In this document: in pieces, positions 25,640 through 38,115 of the stretch
Position numbering within the stretch: position 1 is the stretch's first letter
Layout of the letters: every line of letters begins with the position of its first letter
NCBI GenBank assembly: GCA_013265495.1
Contig: MU058824.1
Coordinates: 496,001 to 560,000 of the forward strand
From: Vicugna vicugna
Lineage: Eukaryota
Direction: 5' to 3'
DNA length: 64,000 nt
Position numbers and translations under genes: made by a program
Notes under the pieces: generated by a model
Told to the model about the DNA's origin: nothing
Seen by the model: the letters and a program-made list of their open reading frames with translations, nothing else
Database searches by the model: none

Positions 25640-26440
25640 TGAACAAATGGTATGGATATTGCTAACAGATAGAGGAAAGCTAAAGTATTCAACTCTGTTT
25701 TTTCCATCTTCTTTCTTCATTGAGGAAAACGGTCTTAAAATAGAACAGTCCACAATAAACATGATTAAGAGGAAAATGAAAACCAAAAAAGAGTAAGAAC
25801 AAACCTAGATACTTCAAATGAGTCCAAGTCAACAGGCCCAGAGAAATTACATCCAAGAGAACTAAACAACCTCCCTAATGTGATCACAGAAACACTTCTA
25901 CTTATCTATGAGGAACCATGAAGAATTGGAAAGGCTCCTAGAGACCAGCAAATATTGACCCAATTCTCACAAAAGAACGTATCTTTAAAGCACAGCAAAC
26001 TGTAAATCTTAATATAAATCTTTGGAAAAATTCTATGCCAGATTACCAGAGAGATGGTTTATGGGAATTTAGAGAAATGGTGACAATATATCAGAGTGAT
26101 CTGTCCCTTTCCTGTCCAACATTCTTCATCAATGCCTTGAACACAAAGAATGTATAATTATCAAATCTGCAGATAACATAAACTGGAAGGAATAATTACA
26201 AAGATGAAAGATCACACAATTCCACATGATAGGAAGAACAAGTGTAATAATGATAAATGTAAAGCCTGGCATTTAAACTAAAAAGAGCAATTGTACATGC
26301 ACAAGAAACAGGTATGCTCTGGCTCAACAGCTGAACTTCATACAAAAAAGTCCTATGGGTTTTATTTAGTTCGTTACAAAACCAATTTAAAAAGTAAGCA
26401 ATATAAAGTGGCTTCTAAAACAGCTGATGCAATCATAGGC
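25640..26440 (+). mobile_element. Second CR1/L3 LINE remnant
   Basis: ~25815 onward translates NESKSTGPEKLHPRELNNLPNVITETLLLIYEEP*RIGKAPRD, cf. CR1 KSPGPDxLHPRVLKELADVIAEPLSIIFExSWxTGEVPED. Later acattcttcatcaatgccttg and aaatctgcagataacataaactggaagg resemble the FIND.../KFADDTKL motifs. Confidence 0.78.
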
Positions 26441-27104
26441 TCTGTATGTGCATACATATATTCATTCAATCATTCAACACATTTTTATCAGGAGCACTAT
26501 GTTTCAAGCACAACATTAGAAAATAAACATATTTACCAGCATAGTGATCTCAAGAAAGTAACTGAACCATTCTAAGTCTGCTTCCCCACCTAAAAAAGGA
26601 AGATTAATAAGGCTAACCTATAAGGATGTTGTGAGGTTTAAATATGATACATATGAAATTCTTATGTAGCACTCAACAATTAAAAACAACAGCTACTATT
26701 TTTGCTATTATTATTTGCTCACTTTTGTCAAGTAAACTGTAGAAGAGATTAGTGTCTTGGAAGAAGGTTGAACTAGATAACTTTATCTCTTAGAGCAATT
26801 AAATTCGAAGAAAAATAAGACATAAAATAGTTCAGACTTTCTATTGTTTGCTATATAATGTTAAACCCATATTAGGTTACATTATTAAAGGCTATTATTC
26901 CAAATCTTTGAAGAGGAAAAAAAAACTTAAAATGATTTAATATGTGTGGGGAAAAATTACATGAAATAACTCCTTCAAAATTTAGTTAAGTTGAGACCAC
27001 CGACAAACATTTCTAAACTGCACTGTCTTTACAAAATGTCATTTTTGTATTGTCTGTTTGCACAGCAGCAAGAGAGAGAGGTTAAAGCAGTGCTATAACT
27101 TCAA

Positions 27105-27645
27105 GCAATTTGGATGTTTTTGGTTGCAAATAACAGAAAATACCAAGTTAAAATGGCTATAATAGTAAGGATATTTATTACGTCAAATAAGCAGCAGTCT
27201 AGAATTGGAATGATAATTCCAAGGTAGTTTAGTTCAGAAGCTTACAAGGTTGTCAAGTGCCCAAGTTTTATCCTTCTGCTTCACTACCTTCAACAGAGTT
27301 TTCATTCTGATCTGTCCCCTCCTTGCTACAGTTCCAAATACAACAGCCAGATAAGACCAGTAGAAGCAATAGGACTATTTCCTCCCATGTATGTCTTTAT
27401 AACAGTAGGAAAGTCTTTTCCAGAAGTTCCCATATCCCAAACAAGTTATCCTTCAAGTCTCATTAGCTAGAACTATAGGATGTGTCTACTGTTCACTGCT
27501 AACCAAACATTGACAAGAATGGAATCACCACCATTAGACCCATTATCATTCATCACCTGTGCTGAGGATTTCCTATCCTGCAACACAGGGGAAAGCAAGC
27601 TGAATCAGGGTTCTGTCAGAAACAAAGAATGAGGTGGGAAATGTA
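27105..27645 (-). mobile_element. MLT1-type LTR remnant
   Basis: ttggttgcaaataacagaaaa...; cttttccagaagttccc...agtctcattagctagaact; aatcagggttctgtcagaaacaaagaa, typical of old MLT1 LTRs. Confidence 0.6.
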
Positions 27646-30600
27646 ATTATAAGATTGAAACAAACATTCTCAGACTAAAAAGAGAAATGAAAAGGTTTTT
27701 TATTGTAACCACAAGTTAAAAAACAAATAAATAAAACCGAATCAAAAATAACAAATCAGTAAGACTGACTTTATCTGATTATATCTGATTTTGTACCACA
27801 CAGTTCAGGCTTCATAATGGCTGAATAGTCCACGCCACTCATTTTCACAACTAATTAAATGTTGCCTCTTATCATTCTCTGAATATTTCCTATTTTATTT
27901 CCTTAACTGGACTGTAAACTTCTTGCAGATTAGAAACCTAATTTTTTACATAATTTTCAATGCTAACAAATATAAGAAATAGCAAACATCAACACTTATG
28001 AAAAGTTAACATATATTTATATCCTGTAATAATTTCCCTTCTTATTAAAACTGGCAGATTGAACACATTCATCTCTGCTCTTTTCCAAAATCCAACTAAA
28101 GTGACAGTAAAGAACTTTAAAAGGTATAAATTCACAAGAGGAATGAGAAGAAAACAGAAGGTACCAGTTGACAAAAAAAATTTTAAATTTTGAAAGCTGT
28201 AAAGAGTATGGAAATGTTGCAACTGACTTAGCTGATCAGAGAAAACTGACACCTAAGGCTGCAGTAGGGGTGGATGGTGGGGGGAAGAGGCAGTAAGAAG
28301 CAAGCCAAAGGCATAGCACTATTCCAAAAAGACTCAGTAAGCAGAGGTTATCAGCTATCAGGTAACCAGGGGATGTGTACAGTGAGGCTAAAAGCTGAAG
28401 GACTGGTTGAAAGTTTATATAAGGAACAGATAGTCTATCAGATGCCCTCTCCAGAAGCCCAAGGAACAGTACTGCCTCTGTCACCATAGAGGACAACACT
28501 CCAGGAAAGTATCTGGTGGTTTCCCATCAAAATAGACCCTTCCCTGCTCCCTGCTCACCTCTCCAGGTAATAAGGCCCCAAGTACTGCCCTGCTACCCGT
28601 CCACACTGACAGACACACACACAAATACCTTCCAATTAGCCTCTTAAATATCGACAGCTAGCCAAGGAAAACCTGTAATACTGTGGGCTGAGACTGAAAA
28701 AAGGAGAGGAGAAAGAGAGGGAGAGAGGAGTGAGGGAAGGAGGAAAGGAAAGCGAGAGAAAAATAAATTTAAAAAAGAAAAGAAAAGCAAGAAAGAAACA
28801 AACTCAGGAAAAACAGCCAAGGAAGCAAAAGAAAACTTAAAAAAACTTAAAAAAAATAAACTTAAAAAAATAGTATCACCATAGAAAGATGATATGATAC
28901 TGTACCCATAAAGCAAGAACAGAGGATTCTTTTTAAAAGAAAAAAAAAAAGCGAGAGAAAGAGAATTGAGAGGAAAAAGAAGAACATAGTTAGAAAAAAG
29001 AGGATTCTAATTATTTCATCTTAGCTGGAAGGTACATGTGCTAGCTAAAACTGCAGCTGCCATTTCACACGCAAGACAGAAATAAGCTGAGGGATCGGAA
29101 AGCAGCATAAAGAGCCTGGGTCTTTAAATGACTGCTGGAGCTGCCACTGGAGCCCTAGACCACCTCCATGACTATGAGGGATTAAAAACAAAAGCAAAAA
29201 CAAGAAGCCTCTATCTCATTAAATACACTATTTTTGGCTTTTCTGCCCCTTACATTTTAACTGTGTACTAATACAGTACATGTTACGTAAGTTTCCCCCC
29301 AAGCCCCTATAATACGAAACAAAGAAAATTATGTTCCAAGCTAATTATCTTGTTGTTCCTATTAACTATGTTTAAGTCTATTTTATCTTAGCCAAGAAAG
29401 TTGGATGCTAGCACTTCAAATTTCAGGATTACATTCTAATCAAGTCCATCGCGTGTAATAAAATGTAATGCTGAAGGACCTATGGAATATAGTCCCAGGT
29501 GTCCACAGCACACTGCTCTCATTGTTTTTAGATGTTGCAGAATCACTCTACTAAGGCCTGCCTTCAATTTCCCTTCAGTCTGACTTTCTTCTTTTAAATT
29601 CATATTGGATGACTGATGGCTAACATAATAAATATTTTATCTTTCTACACCCTTCCCCCAGGAAGAATATGCCTTTTTGAAAGTGAGGCACTGTTAGACA
29701 CCTGGAGTCCAAACCTAGAGTTCTTAACTCTTTTGTCCACTGTGACCACTGCAGCTTTTAAATGTTTTTACATTGCCATAAACTATTAAAATATGCTATT
29801 CAATCTTATATAGTTAATAAATCACATTCATAATAAAACTAGAAATCCTAGAGACAGAATGATCAAGAATATGGAATAAAACATAGATCAGTATGAGTTA
29901 ACTGCTTAGCTTTAGATAACATCACCTATATTGTAAATTATAATTATTCTGATATTGTCTAAAAATTTCTTAATAGGTAAAAATTTCACAAAATGCTAAA
30001 GGAAAAATACTCTGGCAAGAAAAAGACCTATATAACTCTAGAATAACTTTCTTATGAAGTCTGCACAAATAATCAAATCAGTAAGAGATGTATTTCTATC
30101 CTTAGCTTTCTCCCACAGTTCTAGCCTTTCCACTGATGACCAGGTGGTACATGTGGCAAGGATCTGAAGGTACTGATGGCAGGCACATTCACACAGAATA
30201 GATATAAGGAAAGGGAAATTTGCCAAAGGGAAAACAGGGCAATAAAAGAAAGAAATGGTCTTAATAGACCACAGTCTACCTATTTCTACCTTCAGAATCA
30301 ATTAATTTGCCAAATTCTTGTCATCTTTGTAACTAAGCACTTCAGTAAGAGCTCAGGACTTTGAAACCCACTGTATCAAACCTCCCACCCCATACGATCT
30401 ATCAATAGTAAACAACTCTGTATATTGTTATAGTGCTAAAAGAACAAGCCCTCCTTATTAATCAAAGCCTGGAACCCTTTAATTTGTTTCTGCTCATGAC
30501 AAGAATAACCAGTTTACCAGACAACTCCTCCATCCTTAAAAGTCATAGTACTTATGGCTTATAGATAAAGAGAAAAGAAAGTAAGGGGTGACAAAATATT

Positions 30601-31646
30601 AATCTTGAATTCTAGATACCTTCACATTTGCATTGAAATTTTCATTTTAATATTCTTGGCACTTTGTTTCTACACTTATTAAAGATTTAAATACTACGAA
30701 GAGAGATGATATCTATGGGAGAAAAAAGCTGACACTTCGTAATGGTTCAAAGCACTCAGCTGACGGTGATACTGTTTATACCGAAAGATTTAATAACTAC
30801 TTCCACTCCCTCCTCCCTGCAGGGTGGGGGGAGGGTGGAAATCAACAGAGGGCCACAGAGCTTAACATTTATACTGGAGGAGGTCCTTCTGAAGGAGCAA
30901 ATGCCACTGACCCATCCCACAGCAAATAAGACAATGTAACTTGCCAAATCAATGCTCAGTACTCAGTCAACTTAGATTTTCCTATAAATGCCACAAACAC
31001 TCCATTAGACTCTGGCTAGTCCAGGTTCTATGCAGCCTCCACTTAGTCCCATAGACTAAAATTCTTCCCTCTACCAATCTCCTAAACTGACCTCTAGTTA
31101 ACAGTTCTCAATTTGAGGCTTTCTTCAAAAGGAAGCAGTAAAGTTGTGGAATTTCCTCATATTACACAATGATTTACTTCTTTAATCTGTGTGCACTTGA
31201 AGAAGACAGGAGTTATACTCACAGTTCAGAAAACCTGCCATGGGATGAATCAGATTAAGGCAAGCCCCTTAGCCAAAGTCCACCAACTTCACATTATGGT
31301 GAACTATTAAACAGTTTGTACTTTAATTATTAACTGCAATTATTAAATTAATAATTTAATTATTAACAGTGATAATTCATCACTATGTACAACTAAAAAG
31401 GTATATATTCTATTCTTATATATCTTCCTAAAAATGGAATAGTATGAGAGGAGTATCTGTAGAACAGAAACACTAGATGAAAAAAATGATGTGGCTAAGT
31501 CCATAGGAGCTAGATGTTTTAGCAAAGCCTCTTATCTGATACTCTCAGTGTAGCCGAAATACACAACAAATATAAATCAGAATATGTTTCTTGTGTAGAA
31601 AAAGAAAAAAATGAAAAAAAAAAGAAAGAAAATGAAAAAACCTCAC

Positions 31647-31769
31647 CTTCTCAATATTTATCTGGTGCTTTCTTAACCTCTCCAGGTCTGTTGGGATTAC
31701 TATCTTAATAAACTTCTGGATAGCTGGTTCAAGACGGCGTAATTTCACTTTTTCTTCATCTTCAGACAT
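31647..31769 (-). CDS. STX17: Syntaxin-17, first coding exon (CDS part of exon 2; whole exon 31647-31832)
   Basis: Minus strand reads MSEDEEKVKLRRLEPAIQKFIKIVIPTDLERLRKHQINIEK (123 nt), the recognisable STX17 N-terminus. Donor GAG AAG|GTGAGG at 31647/31646; acceptor ttttccttttag|ATTTTTC at 31833/31832. Confidence 0.97.
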
Positions 31770-31832
31770 TCTAAAATAATGCTGTGTCACTTCTACTTGC
31801 AACAAATGTCTTTTTCACTCATGTAGAAAAAT
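31770..31832 (-). other. STX17: STX17 exon 2 5'-UTR portion
   Basis: 63 nt between the polypyrimidine/AG acceptor (31833-31834) and the start codon; contains a short uORF. Confidence 0.8.
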
Positions 31833-33149
31833 CTAAAAGGAAAATATTGAAGATTTTTTTAAATCAATTTCCACCATTTTTAAAAGCCAACATTAGGTAA
31901 TTTCATAATACATTCTAAATACATACTTAGCTTAATGCTGAACTATAGTGACGTGATTTTTTTAAAAAAACTTTTATTTTAAAATATTTTTCTCTCTGCA
32001 AAAGTTATATATATTCACTTTAGAAGGTTTAGAAAATATTAAAAAGAGAGTAAAATAAAATCAACAATCATCTCCTCACTTATAGTTAACTACTCTTTCC
32101 ACTTTTTTTCCCTTCTCATGCCCTACTCCTTCCATTTTGATCTATGTCTTGTCTTTCCAGGTCTTTTTTAATGAAGGGTGTGTGTGCGTGTGTGTGTATG
32201 TACATATACATATACCTAAATAACCTCTTTCAAAACACCAGAAGTATACTGTCCAAGTTTTCATTTCCTAATGTATCTTTGATAGTGAAAAATGTTTTTT
32301 TAAAGGTGTCAAATGGGAAAATTGGAAAGAAAAAATTCATTCTCAACATTTCTGCTGTATTAAACTCCATTTCTAATATAATGTAACTATGTAATTATAT
32401 ACTTCAAATATTTTATAACATAAAATGCAACTCTTCTCATTGATGTCCTTTAAATTGCCCCTTCCCTTTGTTACAAATTGACTACCATTTTCTGTAACCA
32501 ATACAAGTAACCAGTGACACAGAGAATAAAAACCCAGGATTCTTGAGATTACAACCAAATGCTCTTCCTAATTCACCAGTTGTTTTGTTTTGTTTTGTTT
32601 TTAGCAGTGTTCCAGAGAGTCCAGGGTTATGTCCTTTTTGCCAACGTAGAAGTGGGTAGGGGTTGGGAAGTGAGTAGGCTCCAAGACCCCACAGCTGCTT
32701 CAGCTGGAGATAATTTACTTAGATCTATTTCATAAATTTGAGCTAATTAGATTTTATAGAAGGGCTCCACTGCTTCATCAAGCTTGAAAACCACTGTTGT
32801 GCATCATGCTCTCATGCCATCTCATTAGCCACAACCTCTTCCATATTAAAAATCATATATAAATTCACTTTGTTAATCCCATTGGGTTACAGTGTCTTAC
32901 CCAGGGGTTCATAGAGATAGGAGTACACAAATAGACTCCAAGGAGTCCCTGAATCTTAACCAAAAAAGCTGTGAATTTATTTTTGAGTTATTTTAGAGTG
33001 CAGAGTCCATTGCTTTCATGAGATTATCAAAAAAATCACTCCAGAAACATTAAGAACTATTACTCTAAACAATGTTATTTCTCTCCTCTTACACTTGAAA
33101 ATCTTGAAGTGTTGGTTATACAGACAATCTCATCTACCAGAAACTTGGT

Positions 33150-33935
33150 TTTTACGTTTAACTTGAGCTTGAAAGCAAAAAAGGAAAATCTTCTGACATG
33201 AAAAATAGTCTAACAGCTAGTTAGTGGGAATTAGAGATACAAAGGGAAGTTCATTGCCAAAAGAACAGACACAACAAAACTGGAAAAACTCATAATTAAT
33301 AGATTAAAGATAATATAATAATCTAAAAAGAAAATTAAAATAGGTACATTTAAAAATATTAAAAGATATAAAGAATGTTTTTAAAAATGAGATATTATGA
33401 AACAGTAACAGGCCATTCTAAAAATAAATAAACAAGTAAAAATTCCACAAATGAAAACCTCCAAAAATGGTTAGGTAGTAAATCATACTATTTATTGAAT
33501 CATTGAGAATTATTGATTGAAAACATCAGTCAGAGAATAGAAATAAAGAGATGGAAAATATAAAAGAAGATGAGGGACATAAAGGATAAAATGAGAAGCT
33601 CAATAACAAACAGAAGTCCCATAAAGAAAGAATAAAGTGGTGAAAAGGCATTATTCAAAAAGAATACACTGAGAATTAAGATGTAAAAACCTCAAGTTGA
33701 AAATGCACATAACCACCAAGTAACATCAATTAAAAAAAAATTTACCTCAACAAATGGAAGGGAAATTTCAAAACATCAAGGACAAAGGGAAAAAAAAATC
33801 TTAAAAAGCAAAGCAGAGATAAAAGACAGATAAACGAAAACAACAAAAGAGCTAACTTTTCATCAAAGCAACATATCAAAAGCCAGGAATATCTTCAAAG
33901 TGCTGAGTGAGTTGCTGTATACTCAGGTAATTATT
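33150..33935 (+). mobile_element. HAL1/ancient L1 ORF1-like remnant in intron 1
   Basis: aaagagatggaaaatataaaagaa, gaaatttcaaaacatcaaggacaaag, atcttcaaagtgctgag motifs. Confidence 0.55.
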
Positions 33936-34979
33936 CAGAAGTGTCATATTTGGCCTTCCTTTAGACACTTTCCCTTCTCCAATTTTTCCCCCACAGATTA
34001 CCACCAACTAATATATCTAAAACACTAAGGACAACACACTCCTCCTCTGAACAAAAATTTCTAAGAGTTCCCTATTATTTGAACAAGAAAATACAATGTT
34101 CGCAAGTAGATCCACTCCGTCTATCAAAATATTATCACCCATGATCTACTCTCGGCTTTGCAACGATGCTCCCTCTGTCTAAATGCTCTACAAAAGAGCA
34201 TTTATGCCATCTGCCTCTAAACTTTATGTATCATTTGAGATACAACTCAAATTAATTCTGCCTTCTCTTCCTCTCATCAGTTTACAGTGTACTCGACAAA
34301 CCCCAGTTACTGAGTACTTGGTTTGTTTTCAATGTTCCCCTATGCTATGATGATAGCTTTCTCTTTTGAGTTTGAAAAGTGGTATTTTCAGGTCAAAGTG
34401 CATGACTCTGTCCCTCAGCTTTTTGTGCCCAAGGAAAACCTACTGTCTCATCAAGGCCATCTCTCAAGAAAGACATTCTGGCCCAAAAACTTCCCAAAAG
34501 ACTTTTGGAACTCTTGGTCTCCTGGAGAGTATTTTTTTTCTCTCCACCATTTCCATTTTTATAAAATTACACTAAAATGCCTATATAAAACTAAGATTCA
34601 TATTAACTGCATAAAGCATGATGTTACTGAAACAAAGCTGTCTAACAGTGGCTCTGATCATATAGTGTTTATAAAGTGTTTATAGCTCAAATAGTGTTTA
34701 TAAACTATTGAGGGAAGTTCTTAATCCAATATACAAAATGTGGTTTAAAAGTGTAATTGAATAATGAGTTGAAAGTGTATTTCAGCATTTCTTGATTTTT
34801 TAGTCAGAAAATTGGAAATATTTCTAATATAATTAAGACACAAAATAAAAAATACATTCACATTAACACCACAAATACTTTAAATATGCCTATGAAAAAG
34901 ACAAACCATACAAAAAATGTCTAATTTCCCACACGTCTGCAGAGTTGTTTTATTACTTTTAACTTTTTTTTCTAAGTGT

Positions 34980-36915
34980 AATGGAATATTTGGGGTGATA
35001 GAATTGCTCTGTTATCACGATAGAGGTGGTGGATACATAATTACACGCATTTGTCAAAACTCACAGAACTGTACACCACAAAAGGTGAATTTTGGAAATT
35101 AAAAAACAAAAACAAGATGTTGGGGGACCCAAAATGAAATACAAACTACAAAAGACAAAATTAACTGTATTGCAAATGAAAAGTATAACCACACTGAAAG
35201 CAGGGGAAAAAATAATTTAGGTAACTTTGGAAAATAGTATTTTAACTGGATACTACAAGGCTAAAGACAAAAAGAACTACACACAACTATACTATGCTCT
35301 AGTTAGTAAATGTGTTTCTCACAGGAGTATGCGTTAGAAATCCTGAAATTACTTTATGTACATACTAGGGTTGAAGAAATAAGGAAATACTCTGTAGAAC
35401 ACAAAAGCCAGATTTCTCAAAGTCAAAGAAAAAAGTTACAAATAAGGGGCAAGACTAGAATGAACCCTGCATTGTTAGATTAGAAGGTATAAGAATGAAC
35501 TTTTGTTTTTTAAAAAAGTATACATATATAGACATATGTTAGATATGTGTGTGTGTGTATATATATACATATATATACAGATAAATACAAAAATAGAAGT
35601 GTTTGTGTATGCATGGATATGTATGTATGTACACCTGTTTGTATCTCCATGAATATAGGGATACACGGTTGACCCTTAAACACAGGTTTGAACTACGTGA
35701 ATCCACCTACACGTGGATTTTTTTTCCAATAAATACTATAGTACTACACAATCCACAGTTAGTTGAATCTGTGAATGTGGAACCACAGATACAAAGGCCA
35801 ACTATGGGACCTGATTATCTGAGGATTTTGGTGTCTGCAGCAGGTCCTAGGCCCAGTCCTCCGTGGATACCAAGGGAGGATTGTATATATAGCTTAAAAA
35901 AAAAAAAATACACACACACACACACACACACACCCTTCCTAGCCATCTTACGCGAGGCACTAGAAGCAATGATACCCCAGTAGCAACAAGCACACCTAGC
36001 ACCCAAACACTTGGTGTTTAAATATCGCTTTCCAAACAAAGGAATGGTTCCTTGGAGAAGTGGTGGATTCCAGGGCTGGGGGAGGGAAAACACAAAATAA
36101 GCCTGCTGCATCTTGTGGTATCAGAAAGTAAGGAAGTTCTCAAAAAAGAAGAGGGCTTATCAAAGGGCATAAGAAGCAACCTTAAAAAAAACTTTCAATG
36201 CAAAAGCTTGAACAATTTGAGACATAAAATCAATTTAAAAAGCGTAGGGTAGTAGCCAATAGAAAAATAAATGAGTCCATACTGATACAAAAAGATTAAC
36301 AATAAATAAGTGGGAAGAAGGGGAGGCTCTTCCTTACAGAACTCCAGTTAATAAATGAAAAAGGAATGAGGGAAACGAAAACCATCATTAGAACATCACA
36401 GTAATAATTACTGAAGGCAAGATCCATCAAATGGATGCTAAAATCAACAAATGAAAGTTTGAGGAGAAATGGGATATTTACATTATTTTAAAATTCTTCC
36501 CCAAGATACTAATTACAAAGGAAAAATAGCAACTTTACATTAGTGACAGACACCACCTTAACAAAGTAACAAAGAGTAATATCAAAAGTAGTGTGTCGTA
36601 TTATATACCCCTCATACGATGAACTACTGAGAAGGGCATACAACATCAGCCAAAACCTGAGGGACACTTTGCAAAATAAATGACCAAGCCTCTTCAAAAG
36701 GTCATGAAAGACAGGAAAAGACTGATGAGCTGCCCAGACTGGAGAGACTAAGGACCCATACCAATTAAACGCAATGTGGAATCTTACCAAAGTTCATTTC
36801 TTACTTTTATTAACTGTATATAGTTATATAAGATGGTAACATAAAGGAAACAGTAGAGAACTCTGTATCACTTTTGTAACTTTTCTGTGATTGTAAAATT
36901 ATTTCAAAATAAAAT
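34980..36915 (+). mobile_element. L1MC-like 3' UTR with nested MITE and microsatellites
   Basis: atttgtcaaaactcacagaactgtacaccacaaaaggtgaattt, atactaattacaaaggaaaaatagcaactttaca, gagaactctgtatcacttttgtaacttttctgtg...aaaattatttcaaaataaaa. (TG)/(TA) run ~35546-35578 and (CA)n ~35909-35933. Confidence 0.75.
35664..35885. mobile_element. Tigger2a-like TcMar MITE
   Basis: cggttgacccttaaacacaggtttgaactacgtgaatccacctacacgtggattttt ... ggataccaagggaggattg followed by TA; Tigger2-type termini. Confidence 0.75.
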
Positions 36916-37439
36916 GTCTTTTTTAAAAATGTATGAATTGCTGTTTCACATAAGACCGGTCAAACACAAGTCAAAGAACTGCAATCACAGTCACTGCAAT
37001 AACACTTGCGGCGGGGGTGGGGGCTGGGGAGTGCCAGGTGCTTTAACAAACTTTACCATTTAGCGCATACAACTATTACCACCTGAGTACCATACTACTC
37101 ACGTTTCCAATGGGTAAAAAGTACTGGGAGGTTAGCCAAATTGCTTGAGGTTATCTATAAGTGAAAAGCCCCATTTCTCAGAAAAAGTCGCAAATCGTTG
37201 GCAACGCTCCCCCCCCCCCTCCACTCCCAAATGATGAACACCTTCCCACATTTCCCCACACTGATGGCACGGAATTTCCTCAGGCACGTCGCCCCGTGTT
37301 TCTGACTGGGGTACGGGGTACTGACTTTGGAAAGAAAAGTCAAGGCCCTCGGTCCTTCCCTATGGTCTCCTCTCTGAGCCTCCGATTCCGAATTTAAAAA
37401 ATGGGGGAGAGGGTTAGAATGTGGGGCCTTCCGTGAACC

Positions 37440-38115
37440 AGCTCACGGTCTGGCTGACAGGAAGCTCCCACCTCTCGGTCCAGGTGTCCCCCCTCGCTAC
37501 CCATGAGCCTCGCGTCATCCCTCGCAGGGTCACCCACCGCGCACCTGGGCCACATACACCGCCCCCCGCTCCCCAGTATGGGTGCGCGGGACCCAGATGC
37601 CGGCGACCCTGACGACCTAGGGCCCACAGTGCGTCGCGGGGAGGGCAGATGATGGAAACTTTTCCAACCCGAGACCCCGGGTGGCCGCCAAGCTCGCCTG
37701 GCCGGCCGCCTCCCTATCTACACCCGCTTTAAAGAGCCCCTTCAAAACCGAAACCACCACTTCTTACAGACAGGAGGAGCCCCCACGGCGCTAGCACTTC
37801 CGACCTGACGCCGTGCTTCCCGCGGGGCTCCCCTCCCGCGCGCGGGGTTGGCACCCGGCCCACCATGCCCGTCAGGGCCCGACGCCCCCGAGGCGGCCTC
37901 CCGGGAACCCCTTACCTCCCTCCCGGGCGCTGGAGGCCGGTAGGTGCGCACGGCGCAGGCGCGGGCGGGACGGGGCGGGGCGTCGAGATAGGCGAGCCGG
38001 GCTGGGCCACGCCCCCTCCCGAGGTGTCCCAGCCTGGCAGGGTGTGGCAGGCGAGCCCGAGAATGCAAACAAACGCGGTCGCTGCTTGAGACCGACTCTT
38101 AAAAAGTGGTCGTGG
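37440..38115. promoter_or_regulatory. CpG island / TATA-less housekeeping promoter of STX17
   Basis: Only strongly CpG-rich stretch in the window. GC boxes (GGGCGGG 37963-37969, GGGGCGGGGC 37972-37981, CCACGCCCCC ~38007-38016) and NRF1-like TGCGCACGGCGCAGGCGC at 37945-37962. Confidence 0.9.
37916..37962 (-). other. STX17: Probable non-coding exon 1 of STX17 (5' end/TSS approximate)
   Basis: Strong donor GGGAG|GTAAGG at 37916/37915 inside the CpG island, just downstream (gene orientation) of GC boxes. No ATG in this segment. The TSS cannot be fixed from sequence alone. Confidence 0.7.

Noticed and set aside
31545..31646. Phe-rich tail of the 86-aa ORF and its upstream non-ATG start
   Set aside because: Intronic T-rich sequence after the GTGAGG donor; the true start is the ATG at 31769.
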